Assembly (NCBI GenBank): GCA_044221725.1
Contig: JBGAON010000004.1
Coordinates: 1-64,000, forward strand
From: Elusimicrobiota bacterium
GTDB lineage: Bacteria; Elusimicrobiota; Elusimicrobia; F11
DNA length: 64,000 nucleotides
Direction of reading: 5' to 3'
Of the stretch, positions 57,872 through 64,000 are shown one piece after another. The notes under the pieces were generated by a model. That model did no database searches, had not been told where the DNA came from, and was given only the letters and a program-made list of their open reading frames with translations. Each line of letters begins with the position of its first letter. The stretch's first letter is position 1. The position numbers and the translations under genes were made by a program.

Positions 57872-59076
57872 TGGAGAAGATAAAAGAATCGGTTCACATC
57901 GCGGTGAACAATTTGTTCAGTAACGCGGTTCGGTCTTTTCTTTCCGTGCTCGGCGTCGTGATTGGAATCGCAGCGGTAATAACCGTGCTTTCCATTGGTG
58001 CGGGCGCCAAGAATCGCATCATGGAACAAATCAATTCGATGGGCGTGAACGTGTACACCGTAAACACGCGCTACGATGAAAAAACACAGCGCGTAGGAGA
58101 GCTTGAACTAAACGACGTGGAGCGCCTCGAGCAGTTATCGTTTGTACAGACCGCGTTACCGCAATTAAACCTGTACAAACAGATTCGTAGCCGGGAAACG
58201 GAAGCGCGAGGCATGATTATCGGCGTCGACGCAACATACGTTACGGCAAAAGGCGTTGCGATTGTCGAAGGCCGAAATTTTTCGCCGCTCGAGCTGGAAA
58301 CGCGCGCGTTGGTTTGCATGATCACCGAGTCGGCCGCGCAACAAATGTTTAGCAATCAAGACCCGATCGGCCAGAATATTTATATTGAAGGAAATCCCTG
58401 GCAAATTGTTGGAATTTACTCGAAAAAATTGCCTTCGAACCGCGCCGCGCTTCGGTTTCGCAACGATATCGAAGCGCTAATTCCGCTTTCTTCATTGATT
58501 CGGAACACAAAAGATCTGCTTATTCAAAGCATCGAGATTCATGTGAAACCGGACGCCGGGGAATCCGTAAAAGACGAAATCATTAAAATTATGGAACGAG
58601 ATGATCCCAAACGCAAAGACCTCTTCCAGGTGCGCGATCAGCGCGATTTTTACGCGCGTTCACTCGAAGTGCAAAATTCGCTTTCCCTCATTGGTGCGGT
58701 GGTGGCCGGCGTATCGCTTATCGTGGGAGGCATCGGCATGATGAATGTCATGCTCACGTCCGTTGCCGAGCGCACGCGTGAGATCGGGATTCGCCGCGCC
58801 GTGGGCGCACGCAAGAAAGATATCTTGTTTCAATTTCTCATCGAGGCCTGCGTGCTCAGTAGCGCCGGTGGAATTTTGGGGCTTTTGTTTGGAGCCGCGC
58901 TGGCCAGAGGGTTGCCAGTTATGTTTAAGGAGTTTTTTACTGTGGCGCCAAAAATGCAACCGAGTTTTCTTCTGCTGGCTGTGGGTGCGGGAATTTTAAT
59001 GGGAGTTATGTTTGGCTTTTATCCCGCGGTAAAAGCCTCGAAACTGTCTCCAGCCGAAGCACTGCGTACCGAATAG
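57871..59076 (+). CDS. ABC transporter permease (MacB/FtsX-like)
   Basis: RSFLSVLGVVIG, GGIGMMNVML.SV.ERTREIGIR, PAEALR. Confidence 0.95.
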   Translation: MEKIKESVHIAVNNLFSNAVRSFLSVLGVVIGIAAVITVLSIGAGAKNRIMEQINSMGVNVYTVNTRYDEKTQRVGELELNDVERLEQLSFVQTALPQLNLYKQIRSRETEARGMIIGVDATYVTAKGVAIVEGRNFSPLELETRALVCMITESAAQQMFSNQDPIGQNIYIEGNPWQIVGIYSKKLPSNRAALRFRNDIEALIPLSSLIRNTKDLLIQSIEIHVKPDAGESVKDEIIKIMERDDPKRKDLFQVRDQRDFYARSLEVQNSLSLIGAVVAGVSLIVGGIGMMNVMLTSVAERTREIGIRRAVGARKKDILFQFLIEACVLSSAGGILGLLFGAALARGLPVMFKEFFTVAPKMQPSFLLLAVGAGILMGVMFGFYPAVKASKLSPAEALRTE

Positions 59077-59435
59077 CGTTCTTCCATGGCGAGAAGTTGC
59101 TGCTCCAGAAGAGAATCGAGCTTGGACCACTCCTTTGTGTAAAGGCCGTAGAGTTGTTCGCCCATAATCTCGCGGCGCCACATCACTTCGCATAAACAAA
59201 TCGATTCGTGATTCCGATAATAAACAATAATGCTGAGAAGGGTGCCGACCGGAACACGATAACCCACTTTTAAACGCATCCCTGTACGAGAAACGTCCAA
59301 TGCATCCCCTGAGATCACCGCTTCGAATTGGGAAATTTTGGGGTCGTCTCCCATATTTAAAAGGTCGACGTGAAATTGGCCTTCAAATCGCGGGTGTTCG
59401 CGTCGATCTTTGGGGTCCGTCGCTGCGGTGTCCAT
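59019..59435 (-). CDS. Stand-alone PilZ-domain protein
   Basis: RREHPR (RxxxR) and DVSRTG (DxSxxG) c-di-GMP motifs. Confidence 0.85.
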   Translation of the reverse strand: MDTAATDPKDRREHPRFEGQFHVDLLNMGDDPKISQFEAVISGDALDVSRTGMRLKVGYRVPVGTLLSIIVYYRNHESICLCEVMWRREIMGEQLYGLYTKEWSKLDSLLEQQLLAMEERYSVRSASAGDSFEAFTAG

Positions 59436-59458
59436 GGGATGAGCGTACCCTCTCACCC

Positions 59459-59499
59459 GTGACAAACCGATGACAAAAATGGGCAATCGGCGTGACAAA
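59459..59499 (-). promoter_or_regulatory. Pho-box-like direct repeats upstream of the PilZ gene
   Basis: TTGTCAT-CGGT-TTGTCAC, 11 nt upstream of -10 TACGCT; a third TTGTCAC 22 nt further upstream. Confidence 0.55.
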
Positions 59500-59560
59500 T
59501 TCCCGCAATAAAATGATGGGGATCAAAACGAGCTGTTTTTTGCGCTGGAAACGCGGTAAA

Positions 59561-62038
59561 TCAGGCCTCGGCTTCCGCGGTTTCCGCGACCACTGAAGCA
59601 ACCGCCGCAACCTTATCGCCTTCTTCAAGACGAACCAAGCGTACGCCTTGGGTATTGCGAGAGATGACGGAGAGATCTTTGCAATGCAAACGAATCGCGA
59701 TGCCTTTTTCGGTCATAATCATTACATCGTCTTTGTCTGTGACAAGGCGAATACCCACCACCGCTCCGTTTCGATCGGTTGCTTTGATCGTGATAATCCC
59801 TTTGCCGCCACGGGACTGATCACGGTACTCGGAAAGTTCGGTGCGTTTTCCATATCCGTTTTCACAAACGGTGAGCAGCGTGACGTCTTTTTCGGCTTTT
59901 GAGTCCACGACTTCCAATCCGACCACTTGATCACTGTCTTCAAGCTTTATACCGCGCACACCGCCGGCGCCGCGACCCATCGAACGAATATCGTCTTCGG
60001 GGAAACGGATGGACATTCCACCGCTTGTGGCGATCATCACGTTTTGTCGGCCGTCGGTATACTTTGCTCCTATTAATATATCCCCTTCGTCCAAGCCCAT
60101 GGCGATGATGCCGGATTTGCGGATGCTATCGAATTCACTGATCGCCGTTTTCTTGATTTGGCCACCGCGCGTGCACATCGTGAGGAAACCATTGGCGTCT
60201 TCGGTGAACGAGCGAATCGCAATCGCCGCCGTAATCTTCTCGGTGTTGTCGATCGGAATGAAATTGGCCATTGCTTTTCCGCGCGCCGTGCGACTCGCTT
60301 CCGGAATTTCGTACACACGAATCCCGTAAACGCGGCCGCGGCTCGTGAACAGCAGCAGATGCGCGAGCGTGCTCGTGATGAAGATCTGCTCAACGAAATC
60401 TTCTTCCTTCGTTGTCATTCCGGTCAAACCTTTCCCACCGCGACCCTGCGCATGATACGTGTCGGCCGGCAGACGCTTCACATAACCAGCGTGGGAAATA
60501 GTGACCACCACTTCTTCGTCCGCAATCAAATCTTCAACGTTGAACTCTTCAACGGAAGCCTGCACCTGCGTGCGGCGCTTGTCGCCGTAGCGTTCTTTGA
60601 TCGCCAGCAATTCTTCTTGAACGATTGCCATCACTTTTTTCGGGTCGGCCAAAATTCCTTTGAGGCGTGCGATGGTTTTGATCAATTCTTTGTATTCGTT
60701 CTCGAGGGCTTCGCGTTCCAAGCTTGTGAGCTGATGAAGCCGCATGTCCAAGATGGCTTGCGCTTGAACTTGTGAGAATTCGAAGCGATCAATGAGGGCT
60801 TGGCGAGCGGTTGGCGTGTCTTTTGATTTGCGAATAATCTTGATCACTTCGTCCAAGTGATCGATCGCGATGCGCAATCCTTCCAATATGTGGGCGCGCG
60901 CTTCGGCTTTCGCCAATTCAAATCGGGTGCGGCGCACGATCACTTCTTGGCGGTGCGCCAAGTAATGCGTGATCATGTCTTTCAGCGACAAGACTTTCGG
61001 TTTTCCGTTAGCGAGCGCAAGCATAATGACACCGAACGATGTTTCGAGCTGCGTCATTTTGTACAGCTGGTTCAAAACAATTTGCGCGTTGCCGTCGCGT
61101 TTGATCTCGATGACCATCCGCATCCCTTCGCGGTTTGATTCGTCACGCAGGTCGGAAATATCGTTCACTTTTTTCTCGCGGACGAGACCCGCGATGTTTT
61201 CCAACAGCACCGCCTTGTTCACTTGGTAAGGGAGCTCGGAAACAATGATGGCTTGGCGGCCACCTTTGATGTCTTCAATATCGGTCTTCGCACGAACGCG
61301 CACGCTGCCGCGGCCCGTTTCAAAATAATCTTTGATGCCCTGTTTGCCGAGAATGATGCCGCCGGTTGGAAAATCCGGGCCTTTCACGTATTTTGAAAGT
61401 TCCTTCACTTCAATGTCGGGATTCTCGATGACCGCGACGGCCGCGTCGCAGACTTCGGTCAAATTATGTGGCGGAATATTCGTGGCCATACCGACCGCGA
61501 TGCCGGACGATCCGTTCACAAGCAGATTCGGCAAACGCGCGGGCAAGATCAACGGTTCTTGCAACGATCCGTCATAGTTCGGTCCAAAGTTAACGGTTTC
61601 TTTGTCGATGTCGGCAATCAGCTCTTCTTCGATGCGCGCGGGGCGCACTTCGGTGTAACGCATGGCGGCCGGCGAATCGCCGTCCACCGATCCAAAGTTA
61701 CCTTGGCCGTCAATTAGCGGATAGCGCAGCGAAAAATCTTGCACCATGCGCACGAGCGCGTCGTAAACGGAAAGGTCGCCGTGGGGGTGATATTTACCGA
61801 GCACGTCTCCAACCACGCGCGCGGATTTTTTGTACGGCTTGTTGTAGGCCAACCCCATCTCATCAATCGTGTAGAGAATTCGGCGGTGCACCGGCTTCAG
61901 TCCGTCGCGCACGTCCGGGATAGCGCGACCCACGATCACGCTCATCGCGTAATCGATGTAAGACGTTTTCATTTCATCTTCGATGTTCGTCGGTGTGACG
62001 CGGAAATCCATTTGCTGCGGGTTTTCGTCTTTGGCCAT
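59561..62038 (-). CDS. gyrA: DNA gyrase subunit A
   Basis: [22 protein letters not shown], GyrA-box QGRGGKG. Confidence 0.98.
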   Translation of the reverse strand: MAKDENPQQMDFRVTPTNIEDEMKTSYIDYAMSVIVGRAIPDVRDGLKPVHRRILYTIDEMGLAYNKPYKKSARVVGDVLGKYHPHGDLSVYDALVRMVQDFSLRYPLIDGQGNFGSVDGDSPAAMRYTEVRPARIEEELIADIDKETVNFGPNYDGSLQEPLILPARLPNLLVNGSSGIAVGMATNIPPHNLTEVCDAAVAVIENPDIEVKELSKYVKGPDFPTGGIILGKQGIKDYFETGRGSVRVRAKTDIEDIKGGRQAIIVSELPYQVNKAVLLENIAGLVREKKVNDISDLRDESNREGMRMVIEIKRDGNAQIVLNQLYKMTQLETSFGVIMLALANGKPKVLSLKDMITHYLAHRQEVIVRRTRFELAKAEARAHILEGLRIAIDHLDEVIKIIRKSKDTPTARQALIDRFEFSQVQAQAILDMRLHQLTSLEREALENEYKELIKTIARLKGILADPKKVMAIVQEELLAIKERYGDKRRTQVQASVEEFNVEDLIADEEVVVTISHAGYVKRLPADTYHAQGRGGKGLTGMTTKEEDFVEQIFITSTLAHLLLFTSRGRVYGIRVYEIPEASRTARGKAMANFIPIDNTEKITAAIAIRSFTEDANGFLTMCTRGGQIKKTAISEFDSIRKSGIIAMGLDEGDILIGAKYTDGRQNVMIATSGGMSIRFPEDDIRSMGRGAGGVRGIKLEDSDQVVGLEVVDSKAEKDVTLLTVCENGYGKRTELSEYRDQSRGGKGIITIKATDRNGAVVGIRLVTDKDDVMIMTEKGIAIRLHCKDLSVISRNTQGVRLVRLEEGDKVAAVASVVAETAEAEA

Positions 62039-62059
62039 AAATTGGCTTCTCCTAAAATC

Positions 62060-62139
62060 GTCGCCCTGGAATGTCCCTATCCAGGGCCCACTTTACCTGA
62101 GGTAAAAATGGATCCTGGCTTACGACATGCCCGGATGAC
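62060..62139. repeat. REP-like element, copy 2 (gyrB-gyrA spacer)
   Basis: Near-identical to 18877-18940 with an extra central TTTACCT-G-AGGTAAA hairpin. Confidence 0.85.
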
Positions 62140-62141
62140 AG

Positions 62142-64000
<1,859 letters not shown>

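Overview
Bacterial genomic window from a diderm (LPS heptosyltransferase, TolC, AsmA and RND genes are present). Taxon cannot be assigned from sequence alone; the pilin-rich content is compatible with Elusimicrobiota, but that is a guess. Positions 1-3.2 kb are the distal, decaying end of an integron cassette array: four attC sites, an ORF6N cassette, two toxin-antitoxin modules, a secreted-protein cassette and two IS3-family ends, with no intI in the window. The rest is mostly housekeeping and envelope genes: purEK, htpX, terC, tpx, pdxH, typA, amtB-glnK, cusCBA, photolyase, lemA, a minor-pilin-like trio, waaF, an adenylate cyclase, rho, pepN, a TolC/MFP/ABC exporter and gyrBA. The most interesting observations are: (i) a Cys-rich exported uORF ending in RAPP, with a perfect 16-bp inverted repeat over its promoter and start codon, directly upstream of cusCBA (candidate metal-sensing ribosome-arrest control); (ii) a Rho whose RNA-binding domain appears replaced by a Q/N/G/R prion-like region; (iii) a receiver-Yip1 fusion heading a MacAB-TolC-like operon; (iv) a VanX/L,D-transpeptidase fusion behind an OmpR-type box; (v) twin CRP-like boxes linking the cyclase to the giant-pilin operon; (vi) REP-like palindromes, one apparently inserted in-frame in a glycosyltransferase; (vii) many apparently leaderless genes. 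All calls come from reading motifs by eye; no searches were run.
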